DNA from: Bugula neritina
Lineage: Eukaryota; Animalia; Bryozoa
Length of the DNA: 64,000 bases
Direction of reading: 5' to 3'
Assembly (NCBI GenBank): GCA_964035545.1
Contig: OZ037773.1
Span: 10,631,751-10,695,750 of the forward strand
The notes under the pieces were generated by a model. It was given only the letters and a program-made list of their open reading frames with translations. It did no database searches and was not told the origin of the DNA. This document shows positions 21,601-30,861 of the stretch, in pieces. Each line of letters starts with the position of its first letter. Position 1 is the stretch's first letter. The position numbers were made by a program, and so were the translations under genes.

Positions 21601-22920
21601 GCAAATTATACTATCAAAGTACTCTTCACTTAAGAGGAGGTAACTCCTCAAGATCTATCAATCTGAGAGATGTGCTTAGATCTATCTCAGCGAGATTGGC
21701 TAATGGAAAGCCGGTGATAGTGTGCTGGACATTGTTATAAAATGTGCTAGACATTGCTATAGAATGTGCTAGACATTGCTATAGAGTGTGTTATACATTG
21801 CTATAAAATGTGCTAGACATTGCTATAGAGTGTGTTATACATTGCTATAGAGTGTGCTATACATTGCTATAGACTGACCTCTTATCATAGCCTGTGACAT
21901 TTCTTTAGCAGAAGAGTTGGGCTTGGGGGCCGGATCAGAGTCAAACATAACCTGAAACATTCATACTAAATATATGTGTATACTTATAATATAATATATA
22001 TAATATAATATATATATAATATAGATAATATAATATATATATAATATAAATAATATAATATATACACATATAAGACAATATAGACCATATAATATACAAG
22101 ATAATATACACGAGACAAACCTGAGCAAAAGGAAATTTCCACATTCTAAAGTCGGGGTAAATACTGCAGAAGTTATTAGCAGTAACTCCAGCTTTACTAT
22201 AGTGTTTGGAGGGCAAATGTTGAACATTCTGGAAGGTCTTCTCTATTGTTCTCAGCTGACTCTCTCTGTCTTTGTACAGCTCGTCAGGGTTGAACATCTT
22301 CTTGATGTTGAAACCAACTTTAGCCTCCATTTTCTCTGATTTGAACTGCGTGCGGTAATACTCTGAGGCTATATATTCAGTTTTCCTGCGTGTGAGACAC
22401 ACCAACTATTAGTTAGTACAGGTATATCGTGTTATTAGTGAGCATGTATACACTGTGTGAGAGCAAACAGTGTAGATTACACACAGACTGACTGACGCAC
22501 AGACTGACTGACTGTGATGTAAAGTGAAACTAACCTCAGCCATGACACAGGCTTATTGTGGTGCCGAGATCTCTTGGAGTCTGTGGTCGTCGAAGTTTCC
22601 TCCTCAATCAGTCGCTCATCTTCCACATGCATGGGCACTGAAGGATCAATGGCGTAGGCGTCAGGATTAATCAGGTCTATTGTCACACCCAAGTCATGCT
22701 CTGTTAGCAAATCATACTTGAAGTTGCTCTCCAGCGACGTCTGGTTGTACTGGACAAACCGGTTCGCCTCAAACGGATAGGATATGAATTTGGGGTCAAA
22801 GGGAATGTCTGGAAGAGTGTTAGCATACTTGACCTTACAGAGCAGCTGCTTCTGCTTCTCCACTGGCTTCCCTCGCCGATCTCGGCTAGAGCGAGCCTGC
22901 TGCTGGACAGTGGGCGGCAT
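15692..22920 (-). CDS. PAF1: RNA polymerase II-associated factor 1; 8 coding exons: 22920-22535, 22385-22121, 21951-21879, 20982-20893, 20746-20567, 19647-19487, 16141-16059, 15806-15692
   Basis: MPPTVQ...[32 protein letters not shown]...[18 protein letters not shown]; RKTEYI; FDSDPAP; [20 protein letters not shown]; [17 protein letters not shown]; acidic tail ending EIFGSDSD*. Splice phases consistent. Confidence 0.96.
16148..16790. repeat. ~41-bp array abutting the PAF1 intron 6 acceptor
   Basis: The unit resembles the acceptor pyrimidine tract (minus TTATCTCCATTATT). Confidence 0.9.
17128..18763. repeat. 24-bp minisatellite x~68 (tatattactagcataccaatacta)
   Basis: Near-perfect array in PAF1 intron 6; source of the spurious 555/561-aa ORFs. 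Confidence 0.97.
19668..20518 (-). repeat. 22/24-bp array in PAF1 intron 5 carrying GTAAGT in each unit
   Basis: Plus strand acttacactgtgtactatatat = minus ...ACACAGT GTAAGT AT... Confidence 0.93.
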
Positions 22921-23545
22921 CCTTAACTAGTCCCACGTCTGCAACAGCAAAAAGCAACTCAATAAGCGAATACAACATTCAAGTAGCAACAAAATTGAAA
23001 ATAACTATATAGATAAATTATACCAATAATTAGATAATAGGGCAATAAGTATAGTAATAGTGAGACTTTCAAACTAGTATCACTTTATTGCTACTTATTG
23101 ACATATCAGTTTCATAACTGTGATTTCTTAGATCACGAAAAATATTAAATGTATAAAAATAAATACAAAGTATACTGACTCTGATAATTCAACTTTTATG
23201 CATTAATCATTTATCGAATGCACTTTGACTTTAACTTTAAGTTTACTATTACTATTAGTATTAACATTAGACTTGGTATCAGTATCACTATCAGTAAGTA
23301 GTAACACTAACTGTAATAATATTAAATTTAATATCATAATATCATTAATAATAAATAATTACAACCAATTACTGAATTAGTATTACAATAATAATGTTTC
23401 ATGTTATATTTATTTTTAATAATTTATCAAATTCAATATGAATATTAGAACAAGAAAATTACTTGTAATTTTATATTAATATTATTTATTATAATTACTA
23501 GACCTACTTAGTTTTATTTTGTTTAGTGAGTTATTAAAACAATAT

Positions 23546-24055
23546 TGTAGTAAACTGTGGGTTATGAATGCAACTAGTGCTTGAACATACTCTTTGCGTT
23601 AGAGAGAATAAGCCAAGTATTTGAATACGAATGAAAGATAAACTTTATTTGCATCAGATACAGCTTATGTGGTCCTACTACCAGCGAGCTCCAGTAGTAG
23701 TCTGAACTACACTGGAACTCGCTGGCTTTTATATACAAGCGAGACAAAGACATTCCTTTGTTGCCGAGATCGGGGTTCCGAAATGCCGATCTCAGCAACA
23801 AAGGACACACACAAAAGAAAGCAACATTAGTAAAAGAAAAGCACTATTAGTAAAAGAGATATTACATAACTTCAGAATGCGTATTTCAGTAAAATTACAT
23901 TATGCTGAAAGCTTAACAGTAATCACCATACTTAGGCATTAGCAAGCTAGGTTACTTAACTATAATTACAGCATTAAGAACTATACGCAACAGTATTTAT
24001 AGTATACTGATGCACGCAGTTATTTCAGAACAATAGAGGATGAGAATCCATTACA
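23546..24055 (-). repeat. 3' LTR (510 bp)
   Basis: Direct repeat of 30321-30861. On the minus strand: TATATAAAAG at ~23726-23735 and AATAAA at 23644-23649; preceded by the PPT. Confidence 0.97.
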
Positions 24056-24065
24056 TTCTCCCCCC
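24056..24065 (-). promoter_or_regulatory. Polypurine tract
   Basis: Minus strand GGGGGGAGAA immediately abutting the 3' LTR TGTAAT. Confidence 0.9.
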
Positions 24066-24286
24066 ATCGAAAAGCATCCCCTTTTCGATAACAGAACAAT
24101 GATTTCACACAAAACAAAACAAACAAAAAAACAAAAAAAATAAAACACAAAAGTAGAAAAATATGCGATTAACAGAAAGTATTATGATTAGTCACACGTA
24201 TCACAATAATATAAACGATAGTAGTACCCGTAATACGTATACAGTCCGGGTGGCCAATGCTGGCGGCTCCCAATTGTCCGGTTCAG

Positions 24287-25114
24287 TTATTTGAGGTGGT
24301 GCACCAGGCTTTCTATCCCTTCTGTACAACGGTCAAGGGTACCGGACCAGGCCTCGATTGCGCTATCCAGGACGCACTCCCGGTAAGGAAGTGCCATACT
24401 CTGCCCGTGACGGGGCAATTGTGGGTGGGTTGGCTGAGTCTGTTCTTCTATCTGGCTGCCTGGTGCTCCAGATATCCAATACTGGCGGGCGACCAGGGCC
24501 CGAGGCATTGCCAGTATTGGAGAGTCCTCCTCGTCTCTGCCTGCGAGGTGGTCGCCGTATAGAGTGCCCTGCTCCTCCCCAGCTGTGAGCTGGAGCTCAA
24601 CCGGTTCGAGGTCAGGGCCACTAACGCTGGCGGAACACACCTCGGAAGAGGGGGTGTCGTCCTGCTGGCTGCGGGGAGCCGGAACAGGAGCTGGTGGAGG
24701 AGGGGAGTCGGATCGACTGGCCTCCTCGGTATTTTTACACTCCTCTGTTTGGGTATCTGGCGAGGTAATTCCCATGGCTGATGCTAGTGTCTGAATAACA
24801 GTGTTTAAATTATACTTAGGGGTATCAGGATTAGAGTTCAACTTAAGCTGTAACTCACGTGCTAGCTGTGTGAAATCTTCTTCTTGGTGGAATTCTCCGG
24901 GGTGATGGAGGGAATTTCCAGCCAAGATGGGGTGGTCGTCTGCACTGGATGGGTTGTCCTCATGGGGGGGCCACTCCAGGTGCCCTACAGCATAGTCTGC
25001 CAGATACCTGGGGGGTCTTCTTGACCGCTGGCTCCTCTCAATTGGAACAGGCACCGGTGGTGTTGGTGGCTCCTGGGCTACCCTAGTAGGGGGGTCCCCG
25101 CCTTCACCCAACAC
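24287..25114 (-). CDS. Extra 3' ORF (275 aa, Pro/acidic) overlapping the pol end in the -1 frame; probably the frameshifted integrase C-terminal tail
   Basis: Begins at GTG rather than ATG; contains RSQRSRRPPRYLADY, the motif typical of Gypsy integrase tails; no signal peptide or TM segment. Confidence 0.55.
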   Translation of the reverse strand: MLGEGGDPPTRVAQEPPTPPVPVPIERSQRSRRPPRYLADYAVGHLEWPPHEDNPSSADDHPILAGNSLHHPGEFHQEEDFTQLARELQLKLNSNPDTPKYNLNTVIQTLASAMGITSPDTQTEECKNTEEASRSDSPPPPAPVPAPRSQQDDTPSSEVCSASVSGPDLEPVELQLTAGEEQGTLYGDHLAGRDEEDSPILAMPRALVARQYWISGAPGSQIEEQTQPTHPQLPRHGQSMALPYRECVLDSAIEAWSGTLDRCTEGIESLVHHLK

Positions 25115-28100
25115 GGGGTGGGGGTGTCCTCCCCCAGGGAGGGTGGTGGTCCTAGGGCTTGTCGCTGTTCCTGTTCCCGTTCCTCTCTCTGCTGTCGCTC
25201 CAGCTGCTCTATCAAGGCGGCCTGCTCCTGGTCCGACTCTCTGGGAACCACAATTTCCACCTCTCGGGGCTGGGTGGCCCGTCCTCGACGGTTGGGCTGA
25301 CGGTGGGGCTCCAGGAGGGGTGGAGCCTGACCCACCGCGTCTGGGCTGGCATGGTAAGGTTTGAGGCGCTGCTCGCTCTGGACAGAGATCTGTCCAGAGC
25401 GCTCCACACGGTACGTGTGGTTGGGCAGCACCTCTACTACGCAGTAGGGACCGACGAACTTGGGCTGAAGCTTAGCCGACTGTCCGCGTCGCCTACGGTA
25501 GCTCACCATCCAGACCCAGTCTCCCACCTGGTACAACGGGGGCTCCTCCGAGTCCTCTGTGCGGGTCTGCCACTGCTGGGTGCGCAGCGCATCATGAGCT
25601 TTGCCCATGATGTCCATCAGACCCTCCACATATTCGTGTACCGGTGACTCGGGGGCAGGAACATGGTACGTCAGGTGTTCCGGGACCCGCGTCTCTCGGC
25701 CTAGCATCAGGAAGTTTGGGGTCTCCTGCGTGGCGGAGTGTGGTGTGCTGCGGTAAGCCCGCATGATCTGCGGCAGCACCACGTCCCATTCTTCCTGACC
25801 TCGACCAAGGAGCAGGCTCCGGAGCGCGTCACCCAACATCCTGTTGTTCCGCTCGACGACTCCGTTCCCTTGTGGGTGATATGGGGTGGTCCGACTCTGG
25901 TTCACCCCCCATATCCGGCAGAGGTCTCCCATGAGCTGGGACTGGAACTGGGCGCCCTGGTCCGTATGTATCTGCTCGGGTAAACCGAGGTAACAGAACA
26001 CATGTTGGTCCAGGGTCTGGGCCACCGTGGGGGCGGTTGCGTCTGGAATAGCCAGAGCATCCGCCCACCGGGTAAAGTGGTCCGTGAGCACCAGTATCCA
26101 GGTGTTCCCTCTGGCGGATAACGGCATAGGCCCGACGAGGTCTACCGCCACTACTTGCCACGGTCGACCAGCGTACAGCCGGCGTCGACCAGTGGTTTCC
26201 GTAGGGCGGCCATGCTTGCTAGCTTGGCAGACCTCGCATTGCCGTACCCGCAGTCGTACGTCCCGAGTCATTCCGGGCCAATACCAACGCAGCCGCAGAC
26301 ACCTGATGACCCGACTGACTCCAGCATGAGCCTGCTTATGGGTGTCCCAGATCAGTTCCCGCCGGAGGGCGCGTGGACAGACGACGCGGTCCCTCTTCTG
26401 CTGGCGGTTGTCTGCTGCTAACGTTATCATCAGGAGGCCATCAGGACTGACCTTGAGGGCATCCCAGCGACGACAGAGGAGTTGGAACTCAACGTCTCCC
26501 TGCCGCTGCTGTTCCTCGCTAGGTCGTCGGCCCTCCTTCTTGGCCCGGAAGATGTCCGCTACCGCGCCGGGTAGCGTCTCCTGGAGTCGGCACAGCTCCT
26601 TGACGTTCTGGTGCAGAGTAGGGTTGGCGTGGAGCGCCTGGACACCGTCCTGGTGGGTTTCGGTCCGAAGATGGCCGTGCTCCCACCGGTAGGCGGTGCC
26701 CTCCACTAGCTCTGTTTCCACGTCAAGGCGAGCGGGTCCCCCGTCCCGCTGTTCAATGTGCAGGCATTGCTTACAGTTCTCTACCGGCCGGCGGCTCATG
26801 CCGTCGGCGTTCCCATGCTTCCGGCCTGCACGGTGCTCTATACGGTAAGAGAACTCGGCAAGAATCTCTAGCCAACGAGCCACCTGGCTCGAGGGCTCTG
26901 CACGTTTACACAGCCATATCAGTGATGCATGGTCTGTTCGCAAACGGAACGATTTCCCATACAGATATGGCCGAAAGTGCTTGACCGCCTTGACTACTGC
27001 TAGGAGTTCCTTCCTAGTGGTGCAGTAGTTCTTCTCGGCGGCCGCGAGAGTCTTGCTATAGTAAGCCACGACCACCTCACTTCCACCCTGGATTTGAGAC
27101 AGGACGGCTCCCACGCTGTGGTCGCTGGCGTCGGTGTCCAGGATGTACTCCTTGGCTGGATCAGGATACGCCAAGATTGGCGCTTCCATTAGCCGTTGCT
27201 TGAGGTGGTCGAATGCCTGCTGCTCCTCCTGTGTCCACTGCCACCGGACTCCCTTTGCGGTCAGCCGATTTAACGGCTGAGCCACTCCTGCGAAACCAGG
27301 TATGTACTGCCGGTAGTACCCTACTAGGCCCAGGAATGCACGCAACTCAGGGAGGTCGCGGGGGACAGTCCACTCCTTCACAGCTTGTACCTTCTCTGGA
27401 TCGGTAGCGACCCCATCACGGCCAACCACATGGCCCAGGTATGTGACTTCTGGCTGCAGGAGTGCGCACTTGGAGGGCTTCAGCTTCAGTCCGGCTGCCC
27501 GGAGACGGTCAAAGACCTCCCGCAGACGACTGACATGAGTCGAAAAGTCTGGGGAGATGACAATGACATCGTCCAGATAGATGAGGAGGGTCTTCCAGTG
27601 TAACCCACTGAGGACTTGCTCCATGAGCCGTTGGAATGTTGCCGGAGCGGACGTTAGTCCGAATGGCAGTACTTTCCACTTCCAGAGCCCGTCGCGAGTA
27701 ATGAATGCTGCTTTATCCTGGGCATCAGGACTGAGGGGCACTTGCCAGTACCCGCTAAGCAGATCCAAAGTACTGAAGTACTTGCTACCCGCGAGGGCAT
27801 CTAGAGACTCATCTATCCGTGGGAGAGGGTAGGCGTCCTGGATGGTAACGCTGTTGAGTCTGCGGTAGTCCACGCAGAATCTCCAGCTACCATCCTTCTT
27901 CTTGACCAGGACCACTGGGGAGCTCCACGCACCGTGGGCAGGCTCAATCAGATCCCGGTCCAGAAGATCCTGTACCTGTCGGCTCACCTCCTTCTCCTTC
28001 TCCGGGCCCAGACGTCGGGTAGGCTGCCTGATGGGAGTGGTGCCGGCTGCCAGAGGTATCTCGTGGGAGATAACCTTAGTCAGCCCCATGTCTCCATCGC

Positions 28101-29388
28101 CACGACTGAAGACATCACTGTACTCCGCGAGTAGTTGAGCCAGTACTTGGCGTTCAGTACTACTCGTACAGTTTCCGCATGCTCCGCCATACAGGTCAGC
28201 CAGGTGCTCCGGGACTGCTCCTCGTCTGGTGTGAGGGGGGTTTCCCTGGGTGTCGGCCACTGTCTCCAGTGCCGGACCCACATCCGCTTCCTGGATGGAG
28301 TGGTACTTCCCCACCAGCGCTCCAGCCGATAATTGGACAGGTTCCGTGAAGGGGTTGATGCACTGCACGAGGAGCTCTTGCCGACAATCTAGCCGATTCA
28401 GGCTGTTTGCTAGTCGGATGGCTCCGTGCGTTCCCTCAACCATCCCCAGGCCGGCGATCCCTTTGCAGTTGACTCTGCATCGGAGGGTCGCCTGGGATCT
28501 CCCCGGAACCGTGCAGTCCCGCACTACCTGGACTCCGCCCACCAAGGGCCTGCCAAACTTGTCAACACAGACAAGTTCCTTCCCAGCCATCACCACCACT
28601 GACTTCTGGAAATCCATGTGACACTGGTGTTTCTCCAGAAAGGGCATTCCCAAGATGGCGTCCTCCTTCAGCTGGCTGACTATGAACGTCTCGTGAATTG
28701 CTTGATCACGGACGCGTCCAGGCAGTGAGATGACGCCGTAGAAAGGGATGCATGATCCGTCCGCCAACGTACCATGCGCACCTTCATACGGCTCGAGGCT
28801 CGCCCGCTCTCGAGCACCAAGAGTGTCAAAGAGACGCCTACTCAGCAGGTTGGTAGTGCACCCAGTATCCAGTAGGAATGTGGCAGCTTTACCCGAAATC
28901 TTTCCGGGCAGGAAGTAGCTGCTTCCGTACGGCTGGGTGCTCCTGGAGCGGTCAGTCTCTGGGGGAGACACAACTTGGGTCCGCACAGCGGGCCTCCTCT
29001 TCGTCTTAGAGACAACGGGGGTTTTCTGAGGTCGGGAGGGTAGCTTGGGGTACTCTTGCGAGTAAGCTGAATCCTCCTCCACAACCTCCTCGGGCAACCC
29101 CGCGAACCGGTTACGGAGTGGCCAGGCTGGAGGATCGGGTAGACCTTGCGGTCTCCGAGATCTCCGAGGTGCCTGCCATCCGGTTTCTTCTAGCTCCATC
29201 CGGGTTTCGAGTGGCATGGCAGGAGGATCGGGTAGACCTTTCGGTCTCCGAGATCTCCGTGGTGCCTGCCACTCGGTACCGGCAGACTCTGTGGAGGTCT
29301 CTTCTGTTACCCTCCGAGTCCTATCCCGGACGGGATTAGCGTGAGGCCCACGGGTGGCGGAAGTTACCGTGGGCCTTGGGTGTTTAAA
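25078..29388 (-). CDS. pol: Pol polyprotein (PR-RT-RNaseH-IN), in the -1 frame to gag; first ATG at 29217, frame open back to the slippery site at 29388
   Basis: LLDTG protease; RFCVDYR/LPFGL/YLDD RT; DTDAS..VGAVL RNase H; H-x3-H...CEVC zinc finger, VDL/TDQG/VVER DDE integrase and FVGPY motif. Confidence 0.97.
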   Translation of the reverse strand, partial: FKHPRPTVTSATRGPHANPVRDRTRRVTEETSTESAGTEWQAPRRSRRPKGLPDPPAMPLETRMELEETGWQAPRRSRRPQGLPDPPAWPLRNRFAGLPEEVVEEDSAYSQEYPKLPSRPQKTPVVSKTKRRPAVRTQVVSPPETDRSRSTQPYGSSYFLPGKISGKAATFLLDTGCTTNLLSRRLFDTLGARERASLEPYEGAHGTLADGSCIPFYGVISLPGRVRDQAIHETFIVSQLKEDAILGMPFLEKHQCHMDFQKSVVVMAGKELVCVDKFGRPLVGGVQVVRDCTVPGRSQATLRCRVNCKGIAGLGMVEGTHGAIRLANSLNRLDCRQELLVQCINPFTEPVQLSAGALVGKYHSIQEADVGPALETVADTQGNPPHTRRGAVPEHLADLYGGACGNCTSSTERQVLAQLLAEYSDVFSRGDGDMGLTKVISHEIPLAAGTTPIRQPTRRLGPEKEKEVSRQVQDLLDRDLIEPAHGAWSSPVVLVKKKDGSWRFCVDYRRLNSVTIQDAYPLPRIDESLDALAGSKYFSTLDLLSGYWQVPLSPDAQDKAAFITRDGLWKWKVLPFGLTSAPATFQRLMEQVLSGLHWKTLLIYLDDVIVISPDFSTHVSRLREVFDRLRAAGLKLKPSKCALLQPEVTYLGHVVGRDGVATDPEKVQAVKEWTVPRDLPELRAFLGLVGYYRQYIPGFAGVAQPLNRLTAKGVRWQWTQEEQQAFDHLKQRLMEAPILAYPDPAKEYILDTDASDHSVGAVLSQIQGGSEVVVAYYSKTLAAAEKNYCTTRKELLAVVKAVKHFRPYLYGKSFRLRTDHASLIWLCKRAEPSSQVARWLEILAEFSYRIEHRAGRKHGNADGMSRRPVENCKQCLHIEQRDGGPARLDVETELVEGTAYRWEHGHLRTETHQDGVQALHANPTLHQNVKELCRLQETLPGAVADIFRAKKEGRRPSEEQQRQGDVEFQLLCRRWDALKVSPDGLLMITLAADNRQQKRDRVVCPRALRRELIWDTHKQAHAGVSRVIRCLRLRWYWPGMTRDVRLRVRQCEVCQASKHGRPTETTGRRRLYAGRPWQVVAVDLVGPMPLSARGNTWILVLTDHFTRWADALAIPDATAPTVAQTLDQHVFCYLGLPEQIHTDQGAQFQSQLMGDLCRIWGVNQSRTTPYHPQGNGVVERNNRMLGDALRSLLLGRGQEEWDVVLPQIMRAYRSTPHSATQETPNFLMLGRETRVPEHLTYHVPAPESPVHEYVEGLMDIMGKAHDALRTQQWQTRTEDSEEPPLYQVGDWVWMVSYRRRRGQSAKLQPKFVGPYCVVEVLPNHTYRVERSGQISVQSEQRLKPYHASPDAVGQAPPLLEPHRQPNRRGRATQPREVEIVVPRESDQEQAALIEQLERQQREEREQEQRQALGPPPSLGEDTPTPCWVKAGTPLLG
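29308..29388 (-). promoter_or_regulatory. Programmed -1 ribosomal frameshift signal (U UUA AAC + downstream stem/pseudoknot)
   Basis: Heptamer TTTAAAC (29388-29382) in X XXY YYZ register with gag codons CCT TTA AAC; 5-nt spacer; perfect 10-bp stem AGGCCCACGG/CCGTGGGCCT; the -1 frame is stop-free into pol. Confidence 0.85.
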
Positions 29389-30269
29389 GGCCTCTGTCCT
29401 TTAGGGCAGTGCCTTCTCACATGACCTTGCATCCTGCACTCCCAACAGGTGGGCAGAGACGGGCGGACAGGGTCGTCCCGCGATCGGGGAGCCCGCCTGT
29501 CCGTCTGGTTGCGCTGCAACTCCGACACCGTAGCCTGCAGGCCTTTCATCATGTTCATCAACATGGTGAGCTGCGTCTGCTCGGGTGATGGAGTTACTGC
29601 TGCCGCCACCTGTGGGGTTGGAGATGGGGGTGCCTCTTCTTCGTCTTTGGCCACCTGGCAAGCTGTGTAGCTTGCCTTCTGAGGCTCTTCTACTTGGAAG
29701 TAAGCCTTCCCCATCTTCAGCGCTTCTTCTATACTGCTGACCTTGGCGGCCAGCCAGTATCGCTGCAGGTCCGGGTGGTTCACGCTCCGGAAGAACGCGT
29801 TATAAACGAGGCGCTTCCGGTCGTCGCCAGTGGCGTGACCGAAAGCAGCCTGAGCCAGGCGCTCTACCTCGTTAGCGTGATCTTCCAGATGTGTTCTTTG
29901 GTCTCTCCTCATCACTTGTAGTTGGTCTGCCGCCTCTTCAGTCGTCAGACCGAACCGGGCCCTGAGAGCCCGCATGATGTGCTCTTCATCAGGCCCAAGA
30001 GCGAAGCTCTTGGCCCGGCCTGTCAGACAGGCCCGAAGTTGGAGGATGCGCACCCGTACTGGCCATTCAGCGATGGTGGCCACATCCTGGAACTCCCTGA
30101 TGAATTGCTCTACGTCTCCTTCTCCTCCGAAATTCGGGGGCTGGAGGCGATACCTGTCACCAGGTGATGCCTGTCCTTGCCCCCGCAATTCCTGGAGGGC
30201 TGTGACCAACGCCTCAACAGTGAGGGTTGGTGTCTCCGCTGCCTCAGGGGCTGGGTCCCCTGGGGCCAT
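29364..30269 (-). CDS. gag: Gag (capsid + CCHC nucleocapsid)
   Basis: 301-aa ORF just after the PBS; zinc knuckle CWECRMQGHVRRHC; P.F.G..DVEQFI..F..VA....W capsid-like motif. Confidence 0.93.
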   Translation of the reverse strand: MAPGDPAPEAAETPTLTVEALVTALQELRGQGQASPGDRYRLQPPNFGGEGDVEQFIREFQDVATIAEWPVRVRILQLRACLTGRAKSFALGPDEEHIMRALRARFGLTTEEAADQLQVMRRDQRTHLEDHANEVERLAQAAFGHATGDDRKRLVYNAFFRSVNHPDLQRYWLAAKVSSIEEALKMGKAYFQVEEPQKASYTACQVAKDEEEAPPSPTPQVAAAVTPSPEQTQLTMLMNMMKGLQATVSELQRNQTDRRAPRSRDDPVRPSLPTCWECRMQGHVRRHCPKGQRPLNTQGPR

Positions 30270-30300
30270 CTTCTTTCTTCCAGCAACTAGCTATTCGTAT

Positions 30301-30319
30301 AATCCCACCGCTGCCACCA
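30301..30319 (-). promoter_or_regulatory. Primer-binding site, tRNA-Leu(AAG/UAG) type
   Basis: Minus strand TGGTGGCAGCGGTGGGATT, 1 nt after the 5' LTR. Complementary to ...AATCCCACCGCTGCCA-CCA, the 3' end of metazoan tRNA-Leu(AAG) (recalled, not searched). Confidence 0.85.
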
Positions 30320-30320
30320 A

Positions 30321-30861
30321 TGTAGTAAACTGTGGGTTATGAATGCAACTAGTGCTTGAACATACTCTTTGCGTTAGAGAGAATAAGCCAAGTATTTGAA
30401 TACGAATGAAAGATAAACTTTATTTGCATCAGATACAGCTTATGTGGTCCTACTACCAGCGAGCTCCAGTAGTAGTCTGAACTACACTGGAACTCGCTGG
30501 CTTTTATATACAAGCGAGACAAAGACATTCCTTTGTTGCCGAGATCGGGGTTCCGAAATGCCGATATTCGGCATTTCGGAAGACCGAAATGCCGATCTCA
30601 GCAACAAAGGACACACACAAAAGAAAGCAACATTAGTAAAAGAAAAGCACTATTAGTAAAAGAGATATTACATAACTTCAGAATGCGTATTTCAGTAAAA
30701 TTACATTATGCTGAAAGCTTAACAGTAATCACCATACTTAGGCATTAGCAAGCTAGGTTACTTAACTATAATTACAGCATTAAGAACTATACGCAACAGT
30801 ATTTATAGTATACTGATGCACGCAGTTATTTCAGAACAATAGAGGATGAGAATCCATTACA
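30321..30861 (-). repeat. 5' LTR (541 bp)
   Basis: Direct repeat of 23546-24055 with 31 extra bp at ~30566-30596; followed on the minus strand by the PBS. Confidence 0.97.

Larger units (their letters stand above)
23546..30861 (-). mobile_element. Full-length Ty3/Gypsy LTR retrotransposon, very recent insertion
   Basis: Two TG...CA LTRs identical except for one 31-bp indel; 4-bp TSD ATAT (23542-23545 and 30862-30865); PBS, PPT, gag, and pol in PR-RT-RH-IN order. Confidence 0.98.

Noticed and set aside
21030-21720. Possible MITE in PAF1 intron 3
   Set aside because: Only an 11-bp inverted match (ctcagattgat/atcaatctgag) and no clear TSD.
24287-25114. ORF3 as an env gene
   Set aside because: No signal peptide, TM segment or fusion-peptide layout; it carries the integrase-tail motif.
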